A stretch of 64,000 bases of DNA from Bacteroidales bacterium (lineage in GTDB: Bacteria > Bacteroidota > Bacteroidia > Bacteroidales > UBA3824): the NCBI GenBank assembly GCA_017417315.1, contig JAFPZK010000027.1, forward strand, positions 2,863 through 66,862, read 5' to 3'. The position numbers and the translations under genes are program-made. Each line of letters opens with the position of its first letter. Position 1 is the stretch's first letter. This document shows, piece after piece, positions 47,401-58,451 of this stretch. Under the pieces are notes generated by a model, which did no database searches, was not told the DNA's origin, and saw only the letters and a program-made list of their open reading frames with translations.

Positions 47401-47710
47401 TTACACGAAGATTGTCGGAAGCCGGCATCGTAACGTTTTCGTAACCGATGTACGAAAACACAAGCTTTGCACCGTTAGGAACAGAAATTTGATATTTACC
47501 GTCCAAATCGGTAATCGTACCCGAGGTGGTGCCTTCCACCATCACGGTAACTCCGGGCAGCGGCTGACCTTTTTCGTCTACAACCGTTCCCGAAATCTGT
47601 TTAGTCTGTGCCTGTGCCGAAAGCAATCCGAAGAACAATGTCAGCACCATTGTCAACAGATACGCCCTCAGATTAAAGGAGCAGACTTTTCTGTTTAATT
47701 TGTCTTTCAT
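44483..47710 (-). CDS. SusC/RagA-family TonB-linked outer-membrane transporter (first pair; xusA position)
   Basis: 1075 aa; [20 protein letters not shown]; plug ([29 protein letters not shown]); C-terminal ..FTVGLKFSL. Confidence 0.93.
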   Translation of the reverse strand: [1075 protein letters not shown]

Positions 47711-48061
47711 AAAAAATAAAAAATTGAGATTAAATTAAAATACCTTTTAATGTTTTAATGTTTTTCATTAACCTTTTTTCAAGGCTGACAATTTGTCAGT
47801 CCAAAAAGAATTAATTCGTTTTAAGTTTCCTTCATTACCTTTCACCTCCGCTTTTTTTTTTAAATATTTAACAATCCTTTTGTTTTTTTTCGCAGTGTGA
47901 AATTAGCACAAAAACCACAAAGAAGTTAACGCAAATGTTTCAAAAGTTTACATTTTGGTAACAAAATGCGGTATTTTTTTGTATTTTTGTTTCAAATAAA
48001 CAAAATTCGCAATTTACGAAACATTTATTTAACATAAGAAAATATAAAGTTAACACCGCCG

Positions 48062-48106
48062 CAAAAAAATCCGGTCTTAAAAAATAATATTTTAAAAGAC
48101 CGGATT
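48062..48106 (-). terminator. Rho-independent terminator after the esterase gene
   Basis: Stem aatccggtctt/aagaccggatt, followed on the minus strand by U7. It lies 32 nt after the stop. Confidence 0.75.
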
Positions 48107-48137
48107 AACACTTTTTTAATGTCAATTTGTCAGCGAA

Positions 48138-50117
<1,980 letters not shown>

Positions 50118-50246
50118 CGAAATTGTAAAACGAAAGCAGTAGTTTTTTGTTTCAAAAATTTATCTATATGTTTCAAAATGCCTAAAAAATTTGTAATATT
50201 GAACAAAAACTGATAATTTCGCGCAAAAATAATTCTTTTAAAAAAA

Positions 50247-51830
50247 ATGAACAGTAAAATTTTATCAATCGGACTATTGACGGCAGGACTTGCTATCAGT
50301 TCCTGCGGTAACAACCAAGAAAAGCCCGTTTACGAATCGGGTTGTACCAATCCGGTAATTTGGTCAGACGTTCCCGACCTTTCTATGATTCGTAACGGCA
50401 ACTACTATTACATGACAAGTACGACGATGCACTTAAATCCGGGTGTTCCCGTTATGCGTTCAAAAGACCTTGCTAATTGGGAAATTGTTTCTTATTGTTA
50501 CGACACCCTCGGCACAATGGACGAAACCACTCTGACTAACGGAAAAAACACATACGGCAGAGGCTCTTGGGCAAGTTGTATACGCAAAGTCGGCAAAAAA
50601 TTTATTGTCAGCACTTTTGACCAAGTTACCAATAAAACGTATTTTTTCTTAACGGACAGCATTGAAACCGGCAAATGGGAAAGGCACGAATTTCAGCCTT
50701 CGCTTCACGACCACACAATCGTTTTTGAAGATGACGGACACATTTATATGATTAACGGCAACGGACGGCTTACGATTAAGGAAATTGCGCCTGATTTCAG
50801 CGGCGTTGTCCCCGAAAGTGAAAAAGTTTTAATCGAAGACGGCGGACTTCCGGCAGGCGGCAGAGAAAAAATGATGCTCAACGCCGAAGGCTCTCAAATG
50901 TTTAAAATAGGCGGCAAATATTACCTTTTCAACATTGTTTGGCCGCAAGGCGGAATGCGTACCGTAGTCTGTCATCGTGCCGACAACTTGTTCGGACCTT
51001 ACGAAGGCAAAGTTTTGCTTGAAGATCAAGGCGTTGCGCAAGGCGGCTTAGTTGACACTCCTGACGGACGTTGGTTTGCATATCTTTTCGGCGACAGAGG
51101 TGCGGTAGGACGTATCCCCTATTGGGTTCCCGTTGAATGGAAAGACGGTTGGCCTATTTTGGGAGTTAACGGCAAAGTTCCCGACACATTGGCGTTACCC
51201 AAAAACAAAAGCCTTATTCCGGGCATTGTAGACAGCGACGACTTCAACACCGACAAAATAAAACTCGTATGGCAGTGGAATCACAACCCCGTAAACGATT
51301 TATGGTCGTTAACCGAGCGTCAGGGCTTTTTAAGACTGAAAACCGGCAGAATTGACACACTTTTCACCCAAAGCCGTAATATGTTGACACAAAGAACTTT
51401 CGGTCCTAAATGTTACGGCTCTATATGTCTTGACGTTACCAACTTAAAAGACGGCGACGTTGCCGGACTTGCGCTTTTAGCGGGACAATTCGGCTATATC
51501 GGCGTAAAGAAAGAAGGCGGCAAAAATTTCATCACTGTTGTTGACAATCAACCTGTTGACTCTGCAAAAGGCGTTCAGCACGAAGTAGAAAGCGTGGCTA
51601 TTGACCAAGACATTGTATATTTAAAAGCGGATTGTGATTTTACCGACCGCCACGACAAAGGCAATTTCTACTATTCTACCGACGGACAAACTTGGCAAAA
51701 AATAGGAAACGAACTTCAAATGGTTTACCGTCTTGACCACTTCATGGGACAAAGATTTGCGCTATTCAACTATTCGACGAAAGAAGCAGGCGGATATGCG
51801 GATTTTGACTGGTTTAAAATCAGCGAATAA
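50247..51830 (+). CDS. GH43 glycoside hydrolase (beta-xylosidase/alpha-L-arabinofuranosidase type) with a C-terminal beta-sandwich; lipoprotein
   Basis: Lipobox AISSCGN; NPVIWSDVPDLSMIR..YYMTSTTM (catalytic Asp region); five-bladed propeller-like repeats; C-terminal concanavalin-like ~200 aa. Confidence 0.85.
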   Translation: MNSKILSIGLLTAGLAISSCGNNQEKPVYESGCTNPVIWSDVPDLSMIRNGNYYYMTSTTMHLNPGVPVMRSKDLANWEIVSYCYDTLGTMDETTLTNGKNTYGRGSWASCIRKVGKKFIVSTFDQVTNKTYFFLTDSIETGKWERHEFQPSLHDHTIVFEDDGHIYMINGNGRLTIKEIAPDFSGVVPESEKVLIEDGGLPAGGREKMMLNAEGSQMFKIGGKYYLFNIVWPQGGMRTVVCHRADNLFGPYEGKVLLEDQGVAQGGLVDTPDGRWFAYLFGDRGAVGRIPYWVPVEWKDGWPILGVNGKVPDTLALPKNKSLIPGIVDSDDFNTDKIKLVWQWNHNPVNDLWSLTERQGFLRLKTGRIDTLFTQSRNMLTQRTFGPKCYGSICLDVTNLKDGDVAGLALLAGQFGYIGVKKEGGKNFITVVDNQPVDSAKGVQHEVESVAIDQDIVYLKADCDFTDRHDKGNFYYSTDGQTWQKIGNELQMVYRLDHFMGQRFALFNYSTKEAGGYADFDWFKISE

Positions 51831-51845
51831 ACAAAAAAGAGAAAA

Positions 51846-53519
51846 ATGAAAACGAAAATATTTTGTATTTTCTTTTTGACGGTTTTCGGCGCAAATGCGC
51901 AAAAGTACCCCTCCCCTATGGACATTCAGAATGTTTTGAGTGCGTCTTTTGCGGAGTTGCGCCCTAACCATTTTCATGCAGGCTTGGACATTTCGACAAG
52001 CGGTGCTATCGGCGTTCCCGTAAAAAGCGTTGCTGACGGGTATGTTTCGCGGATAAAAGTTTCGCCATACGGCTACGGTTACGGTTTGTATATCACTCAT
52101 TATGACGGACATACAACCGTTTACGGACATTTAAGCGAGTATGCGCCTAAAATTGATTCGGTCATCAGAAAAGAACAATACAGACTTAAATCTTTTGATG
52201 CGGATTATTTCCCGAAAGAAGACGAATTGCCGGTAAAAAAAGGCGAAATCATAGCGTATTCAGGCAATACGGGAAGTTCGGGCGGACCTCACCTTCACTT
52301 TGAAGTCCGTGATACAAAGACAGATGACGCTCTAAACCCGCTTGAATTTTTAGACGAAATTGCCGATCATCAAGCCCCGACGGTTTACGGCATAAAACTT
52401 TATTCCTTGGAAGACACGTCATTTGTTGCCGGCATTACGGAAGACAAATATTATCTTTTGACGGCGATTCAAAACAAAACCGTCAAAGCCTACGGGCATA
52501 TCGGTTTCGGAGTTAATGCCGTTGACTTTTTTGATGTCGGCGGACGACCGTGCGGTGTTGTAGAAGTTTCGCTTTTTGATAACGACAGTCTTATGTTCTG
52601 CTCGCGTTTAGAAAGAGTTCCGTTTGACAAATCGCGGTATATCAACAGTTTTGTAGACTTTTTTGACGTTCAGTTTCATAACCGCTACGTTCAAAAAAGT
52701 TTCATCGAAGACAACAATCAACTACCGATTTTCAAAACGGCAAAACCCGTCATCGTAAAAGACGGCGAAACGCACTTGATGAGATACGAGTTAAAGGATT
52801 TTGCCGGAAACAAGCGGACAATAAAATTCACCGTCAAAGGCGAAATGCCTCAGCAAAAGACTTTTAAACAACATCTTAACGAAGAGTTTTGTTGGGGAAT
52901 CGAAAACAAAATTGACACTTTCGGCATTTCGGTAAAAATTCCTGCCGGCGTGTTTTATAAAAACGAGTTTTTAACTTTATTGAAACAGGATTCAACGGTT
53001 TTTAAACGTCCCGTTTACACGATAGGCTCAAACGGAATACCGGCGCACAAAAACTACACTTTAACGATTCCCGTTCCCGATGACATCAAAGAGCAAATCG
53101 GCGTTAATCTTACTGAAAATCAAGTTTGTATAGCGCGTGTCGGCAAAAAAAACTCGTTAGGACATATCGGCGGAAAACTTTCAGAAAACAAAATCACCGC
53201 TGATTTAAGGCTTTTCGGCAGTTTTTTGATAGCCACTGACACTATTGCACCGAAAGTTTATTCAAAAAATTCCGCGACGATACTTTCGCAGACCAACAAC
53301 GTAATGATAGGCGTATCAGATAATTTCAGCGGGATTTCAAAATACGACTGTTACATTGACGGCGAGTGGAAACTGTTTGAATACGATTACAAAAATGCCC
53401 GTTTGATTTCTCAGGTGAAAAAACTCGGACTTTCAAGCGGCTTTCACGACTTAGAAGCGCACGTAAAGGACGCCTGCGGAAACGAAAAAGTTTTTAAGTG
53501 GAGGTTTAGGGTAAGGTAA
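51846..53519 (+). CDS. M23-family metallopeptidase with a long C-terminal extension
   Basis: HFHAGLD and GGPHLHFEV zinc motifs; signal peptide. Confidence 0.85.
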   Translation: MKTKIFCIFFLTVFGANAQKYPSPMDIQNVLSASFAELRPNHFHAGLDISTSGAIGVPVKSVADGYVSRIKVSPYGYGYGLYITHYDGHTTVYGHLSEYAPKIDSVIRKEQYRLKSFDADYFPKEDELPVKKGEIIAYSGNTGSSGGPHLHFEVRDTKTDDALNPLEFLDEIADHQAPTVYGIKLYSLEDTSFVAGITEDKYYLLTAIQNKTVKAYGHIGFGVNAVDFFDVGGRPCGVVEVSLFDNDSLMFCSRLERVPFDKSRYINSFVDFFDVQFHNRYVQKSFIEDNNQLPIFKTAKPVIVKDGETHLMRYELKDFAGNKRTIKFTVKGEMPQQKTFKQHLNEEFCWGIENKIDTFGISVKIPAGVFYKNEFLTLLKQDSTVFKRPVYTIGSNGIPAHKNYTLTIPVPDDIKEQIGVNLTENQVCIARVGKKNSLGHIGGKLSENKITADLRLFGSFLIATDTIAPKVYSKNSATILSQTNNVMIGVSDNFSGISKYDCYIDGEWKLFEYDYKNARLISQVKKLGLSSGFHDLEAHVKDACGNEKVFKWRFRVR

Positions 53520-53563
53520 AAAAAATATTTTATACAAATTTGGAATTGTATTCCGAAATTGTA

Positions 53564-53571
53564 TAAATTTG
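53564..53571 (+). promoter_or_regulatory. Candidate -7 box (TAAATTTG) upstream of the DUF4143-type ATPase
   Basis: 28 nt before the ATG at 53599. Preceded by the imperfect palindrome TATACAAATTTGGAAT/ATTCCGAAATTGTATA (53531-53565). Confidence 0.4.
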
Positions 53572-53598
53572 CGGCATAAACCAATAAATGAGGAAATT

Positions 53599-54816
53599 AT
53601 GGCATACATAAAACGGATAATAGAAGAACATTTAAAGTATTTGTCGCAGCATTTTCCCGTTATAGCATTGACGGGTGCAAGACAGACGGGCAAAACAACC
53701 GTTATGAAACATGTTTTCGGGAACATCGAAGGCATAAAATACGTAACGCTTGACTACCCCGCGATTAGGAATTTAGCGCAGAACGACCCCGAATTGTTTT
53801 TGCAGCAATATCCCGCGCCGGTTATCATAGACGAAATTCAGTACGCACCGCAACTATTTCCGTACATAAAAATCCGTGTTGACAAAGACAGAAAAAACGG
53901 TCAGTATTTTCTCACCGGCTCGCAGATGTTCCGTTTTATGAAAAATGTCAGTGAATCGTTAGCAGGACGGGCTGCGGTTGTTTCTCTTTACGGAATGAGC
54001 CGCGCAGAAATTCAAGGCAAAGACGAAACGCCTTTTTTGCCCGTCAATAATTTTGAAGCACATTCCATGGAAACCATTACGACCGTTTTTGACGGAATTT
54101 ATCGGGGAAGTATGCCGCAAATTGTTATCGACAAAGACCTTACGCCTGAAATTTATTACGGCGGATATGTCCAGACATATATTGAACGCGACATTCGCGA
54201 CCTCACGGAAATAAAAAAAGAAACTGAATTTCTGCGGTTTATTTCGTGTGTTGCAGCCCACACCGGGCAAGAATTAAACTTAAACAACATCGCTAAGGAT
54301 TCTGACATTGACTCCAAAACCGCCGAAAGATGGCTTTCACTTTTGACGACCTCCGGCTTAGTTTATCTGCTGACACCGTACTCCGGCAACACGGTAAAAC
54401 GCATTGTCAAACGCCCTAAACTGTATTTTATGGACACAGGCTTAGCGTGTTATCTCAGTTTATGGAACAATCCCCGTACATTGGAAAATTCGGCTATGGC
54501 AGGGGCAATGTTTGAAACATACGTTATTTCGGAAATCATCAAGCAGTATTGCAACGCCGGGTTAAACGTTAAAAACCGTCTTTCATACTATCGCGATAAT
54601 AACGGCACTGAAATAGATTTGGTAATTATTGACAACGGAACGCTTTATCCGATAGAGATTAAAAAGAGTGCTGATCCGGGCAATTCGGCGTTAAAGAATT
54701 TCAAAGTGCTTTCTTCGCTACAAGAAACCGCCGGCAAAGGTGCGGTTATCTGTCTTTCACCGGAATTTTACCCGCTTGACAAAATGAACGTAATAGTGCC
54801 GGTCGGGGTAATGTAA
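53599..54816 (+). CDS. Orphan AAA_14-type ATPase + DUF4143-type C-terminal PD-(D/E)XK-like domain
   Basis: Walker A GARQTGKTT; Walker B VIIDEIQ; C-terminal GTEIDLVIIDNGTLYPIEIKK (D...ExK, 54610-54663). Start set at MAYIKR. Confidence 0.8.
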   Translation: MAYIKRIIEEHLKYLSQHFPVIALTGARQTGKTTVMKHVFGNIEGIKYVTLDYPAIRNLAQNDPELFLQQYPAPVIIDEIQYAPQLFPYIKIRVDKDRKNGQYFLTGSQMFRFMKNVSESLAGRAAVVSLYGMSRAEIQGKDETPFLPVNNFEAHSMETITTVFDGIYRGSMPQIVIDKDLTPEIYYGGYVQTYIERDIRDLTEIKKETEFLRFISCVAAHTGQELNLNNIAKDSDIDSKTAERWLSLLTTSGLVYLLTPYSGNTVKRIVKRPKLYFMDTGLACYLSLWNNPRTLENSAMAGAMFETYVISEIIKQYCNAGLNVKNRLSYYRDNNGTEIDLVIIDNGTLYPIEIKKSADPGNSALKNFKVLSSLQETAGKGAVICLSPEFYPLDKMNVIVPVGVM

Positions 54817-54848
54817 TTGGATTATATTTTTGAAACAAGATATTTAAT

Positions 54849-55699
54849 ATGGCATCAATCAAACAAATTTTCAAGACCGTAATTATCATCATTACGGTCT
54901 TACTTTATTATTCTAACACCGTTAACGCGCAAGTATATAATAATTGGTTATTATCCAGCGGTAGTATATTAAATTTTGAAAACACTCCTGCAACAATCAT
55001 CTGCAATAATAAATACAACGATATTTACACAAGACATACCGTAATGCTTTCCGATGATAACGGACAGATTATTTTACACGGATATAAAAAAGTACCGAAC
55101 GTAAATACAAGTATATCCGATTTTGTTATAAAAGACAATAACAATCATACAATTATCAGTTATAGTTGTACAGATTTGCGGAATGTCATAGGCTGGAAAT
55201 TACCACAAGGCGGGTATTATATAGCAGCAGTTTTTTTAAGTCCGAAATCTCATGTCGGAGAACTACATATATATAAATTCGACGCAAGCGGTAATTTTGA
55301 ACAAGAATTTGTTTACAATGAAGGAAATTACATTTTCTTCATAGATTTCATACGCACTGATGATTTTATTACCCTTATTGCATACAAGCATAACAAAATT
55401 GAAACCTATAAACTCACATCGAAAGGGTGTTCTCTCTGGAAAACGACAGATGTTTCTTTTAAAATGAAACTGATTGCAACCACTGTTGGGATATGGCAGT
55501 CGGTGTAGACGGCAAATTATACATACATCACCAAATGACTGACTATATTATAGTACTTGACGGCATCGAAGAAAACAACATAACAGAAGAAACAATCAGT
55601 TCGGAATGCTTGAAATCAGGATATTTTCCGCACCTTCCGAGAATATCATATAAGCCGCCTTGTTTAGAAATAATGAAACCTAAAATAATAGTAGAGTAA
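54849..55699 (+). pseudogene. AT-rich secreted-protein gene split by a frameshift (ORFs 54849-55508 and 55493-55699)
   Basis: The first ORF has a signal peptide (..NTVNAQ). It stops at 55508 while a 68-aa ORF in another frame continues with a propeller-like motif (AVGVDGKLYI). The two overlap by 16 nt. Confidence 0.5.
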
Positions 55700-55703
55700 A
55701 AAA

Positions 55704-55727
55704 AGAGCCGCAAATTTGTGCGACTCT
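55704..55727. terminator. Bidirectional terminator-like hairpin between convergent genes
   Basis: agagccgca/tgcgactct: 9 bp with 1 mismatch and a 6-nt loop, an A-run before and a T-run after. Confidence 0.55.
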
Positions 55728-55735
55728 TTTTATTA

Positions 55736-57424
55736 TTATTCCACCGTATGCTTTAATACTGCAATATTTCCGCCGCTTGAAATCTGTCCGCGTTTATCGG
55801 TTCTGACACCCTTGTCGATAACCGTAACGTTGTAGGTTATCGGGGTAGAAACTCTTTCACGCCATTTAAAACAGTGAACTTTAATTGTATACGTACCTTT
55901 TGCGGGTGAGTTCCAATAAATGTTCTCCTGAGGACGGGACGTTGTGCCGAAAAGTGCGTTAGCGTCCAAGTCAAGCGTGCCTACACCGCCCGAACATGAA
56001 GCCCGACGTTTTGAGAAATAAATCTCGTTTCCGCACGGGTCAATAACGTGAAGGTCAAGGTCTGTCTTGGTATACCATTGAAGGTTAACACGCAAATCAC
56101 CGCTCTGACCTTTCAAATCCGGCGGATTGTCGTTTCTCTGCGGAGGCGTAGGTTGAGGCGTAGGCTTCGGAGGCTCGTTCTTTGTCAGCGGTATCGTTCT
56201 CGAAGCCTGAGTGTTAAGATTAGCAAAAGTCTGATTCTTAACTTTCGTAGAATTAGTCGAATAACCCGTCTTTGAAGCGACGACAGAAATTTTGTCGGTT
56301 TCGCTGATATTGCTTACAATAAACTCTCCTTTCGTATTAGAATATTCCGTAGCCACTAACGAACCGTTTTTGTAAATTTTGTTCGTAACGCCTTCCAAAA
56401 CATTGTTGTTATCAGTGTTGATAAAAACAAGCGAAGTTGTCAGAGGTCTTAAATACATTGTACGTTTTTCTTCGTCCAAAGCCATAAAGTCTTTCACGTT
56501 ATAGCCAGACAAAGTCGTATCCGCATACCCTGATTTTGAAGCCAAAAAGTTTAACTGTTGAGTTATTCTAAGCGAATCAAACTGACCGATTCCGACACCG
56601 TTTGTATTAGTCGTAAGTTTTTGAGACTGACCGTCAATGGTCAAAGTTATCGTTGCGCCTGCTAATAACGTCTTGGTTTTCAGGTTTTTAACAACAACTT
56701 TAACACAACCTTTCAGCGGACGGAGTTTCAACGTTTTTTCACCCTCGCTCATATTATTGAGGTCAAAAAGCGTGGCTTCAAGCGTGTCGTTTTCGTAACC
56801 GTCTCTTGAAGCAACAACCTTTACAGTACCGCAAACCGGCATCGAATTAATATCAACAGCACCTGAGGGGTCGGTTATGACGGTTGTTTCCGCCAAGCCG
56901 TCGCCTGAAATTTTTACCGTTGCATCGGGTAGCGGCTGATTGTCGTCAAGATCAATGACTTTAACGGTTTCAACACTCGTTTTTGCCGTAAGACGAACCT
57001 GTTTGTAAGAAGTTTCGGGAAAAGATTTATAAGAGTCTTTTAAACCTGCAACCGCCTGACAATCATTTCCGCAACTAACAGAAACCGAATCTCTTAACCC
57101 TCCGAAAAGTTTATACCAAAGCGGCATTTTGGCATCTTTGACACTCACTTTTCCGGCGTCATCGGTATTGCCCTGAAAAGTACGCTCCGAAACCGCACCG
57201 AAAGTCGAAATTTCAGGATAGAGTACCGTTGCAGGCGTTTGAGCAACCGCAATATCAGAGCCTCCTTCCAAAAATTCCACGTTAATATCCCTTTTGACGG
57301 GAATCAACAGCACGAGCGGCAAAAGCAGCAGAAAAATCCACCACGGAAACTTTTTCTTTTTTACGACCAAAACAACCTCGCCGCCGTTTTCTTCGTTTGT
57401 AACTGTAACAGAATTTTTAGCCAT
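55736..57424 (-). CDS. Type-II membrane-anchored protein: three CarboxypepD_reg-like beta-sandwich repeats, a Pro-rich linker and a DUF2135-like C-terminal domain
   Basis: TM WWIFLLLLPLVLLIPV at aa 28-43, with no cleavable signal peptide. Repeats end ..ASRDGY/..ASKSGY/..ASKTGY. Linker is EPPKPTPQPTPPQ. C-terminus is LRVNLQWYTKTDLDLHVIDPCGNEIYF...GTYTIKVHCF. Confidence 0.75.
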   Translation of the reverse strand: MAKNSVTVTNEENGGEVVLVVKKKKFPWWIFLLLLPLVLLIPVKRDINVEFLEGGSDIAVAQTPATVLYPEISTFGAVSERTFQGNTDDAGKVSVKDAKMPLWYKLFGGLRDSVSVSCGNDCQAVAGLKDSYKSFPETSYKQVRLTAKTSVETVKVIDLDDNQPLPDATVKISGDGLAETTVITDPSGAVDINSMPVCGTVKVVASRDGYENDTLEATLFDLNNMSEGEKTLKLRPLKGCVKVVVKNLKTKTLLAGATITLTIDGQSQKLTTNTNGVGIGQFDSLRITQQLNFLASKSGYADTTLSGYNVKDFMALDEEKRTMYLRPLTTSLVFINTDNNNVLEGVTNKIYKNGSLVATEYSNTKGEFIVSNISETDKISVVASKTGYSTNSTKVKNQTFANLNTQASRTIPLTKNEPPKPTPQPTPPQRNDNPPDLKGQSGDLRVNLQWYTKTDLDLHVIDPCGNEIYFSKRRASCSGGVGTLDLDANALFGTTSRPQENIYWNSPAKGTYTIKVHCFKWRERVSTPITYNVTVIDKGVRTDKRGQISSGGNIAVLKHTVE

Positions 57425-57434
57425 AATCTTGTTT

Positions 57435-58376
57435 TTACATTACTAATGCCGATGCCCCAAGAACGGCAATGTTAGTGCCGAGCAATGCCGACGGCAAAAC
57501 TTTGACCTTGCCTTTGTAAATAGGCATCATATATTTTTCCATATAATTCTTTGTGGCATCGATGATTAACTCTTTTGCGTTAGCCAGACCTCCGAAAATA
57601 AAAACTGCTTCGGGCGAGAGAACCGCACATAAATCAGCAAGTTTTCTACCGAGAATATCAGCCGTATAATCAAATGCTTTCAACGCCAAAGTATCGCCCT
57701 GAGTAGCAAAAGTATAAATATCCTTGCTCGTTAACTCAGAAAACGGAATATCACGCATTTTAGAGGCGTCATTGAATTTTGACAGAAGTTCAAAAGCGGT
57801 TCTTTTGATACCCGTTGCCGAAGCATAAGTTTCGAGACAGCCCCTGCGACCGCAGCCGCACATTCTGCCGTTTTCGATTGCGGTAACGTGTCCGAACTCG
57901 CCGGCAAAACCGTCAGAGCCGTAAACCAAATTGCCGTTAACGACTACGCCCGAGCCGAGACCCGTACCGAGGGTTATCATAACGAAATTTTTCATGCCTT
58001 TTGCACCGCCGTAAACCATTTCGCCGATAGTTGCGGCTTTTGCATCGTTAGTAACGACAATTTTGCAGTCGAAATGACGTTTCAACTCATCTGCAAGTCT
58101 TACAGAGCCTTTCCACGGCAAATTCGGGGCTTTTTCAATGGTTCCCGTATAATAATTACCGTTAGGCGCACCGATTCCGATACCTTTAAGAGTGTATCCT
58201 TCCGCCTTTGAAAGCAAAGTTTTGATATTTGAGGCAAGTGCTGAAATATAATCAGCAATTTCAACATATTGTTGCGTGGAGATAGAAGCCTCCGCTAAAA
58301 TTTTTGCATCTTCGGTTACAACACCCATCACCGTGTTAGTACCGCCTATGTCAATACCTACTGCTATGTTTTTCAT
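57435..58376 (-). CDS. ROK-family glucokinase
   Basis: N-terminal DIGGTN; Zn motif CGCGRRGCLE; EFGH. Confidence 0.9.
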   Translation of the reverse strand: MKNIAVGIDIGGTNTVMGVVTEDAKILAEASISTQQYVEIADYISALASNIKTLLSKAEGYTLKGIGIGAPNGNYYTGTIEKAPNLPWKGSVRLADELKRHFDCKIVVTNDAKAATIGEMVYGGAKGMKNFVMITLGTGLGSGVVVNGNLVYGSDGFAGEFGHVTAIENGRMCGCGRRGCLETYASATGIKRTAFELLSKFNDASKMRDIPFSELTSKDIYTFATQGDTLALKAFDYTADILGRKLADLCAVLSPEAVFIFGGLANAKELIIDATKNYMEKYMMPIYKGKVKVLPSALLGTNIAVLGASALVM

Positions 58377-58404
58377 CGTTAAAAAAATTTTTAGTAATTA
58401 TCGG

Positions 58405-58412
58405 CAAAGATA
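58405..58412 (-). promoter_or_regulatory. Candidate -7 box (TATCTTTG) upstream of the ROK kinase gene
   Basis: + strand caaagata, 29 nt from the ATG at 58376. Confidence 0.4.
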
Positions 58413-58451
58413 TAGAATTTTCTATTAAATGCAAACAAAAAATATTTTCTG

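Noticed and set aside
47852-47861. T10 homopolymer in the SusC upstream region as a phase-variation switch. Similar runs occur near 22251-22262 and 33531-33540.
   Set aside because: A/T homopolymers are common in this genome's AT-rich spacers, and some belong to terminators. Nothing in a single sequence shows length variability.
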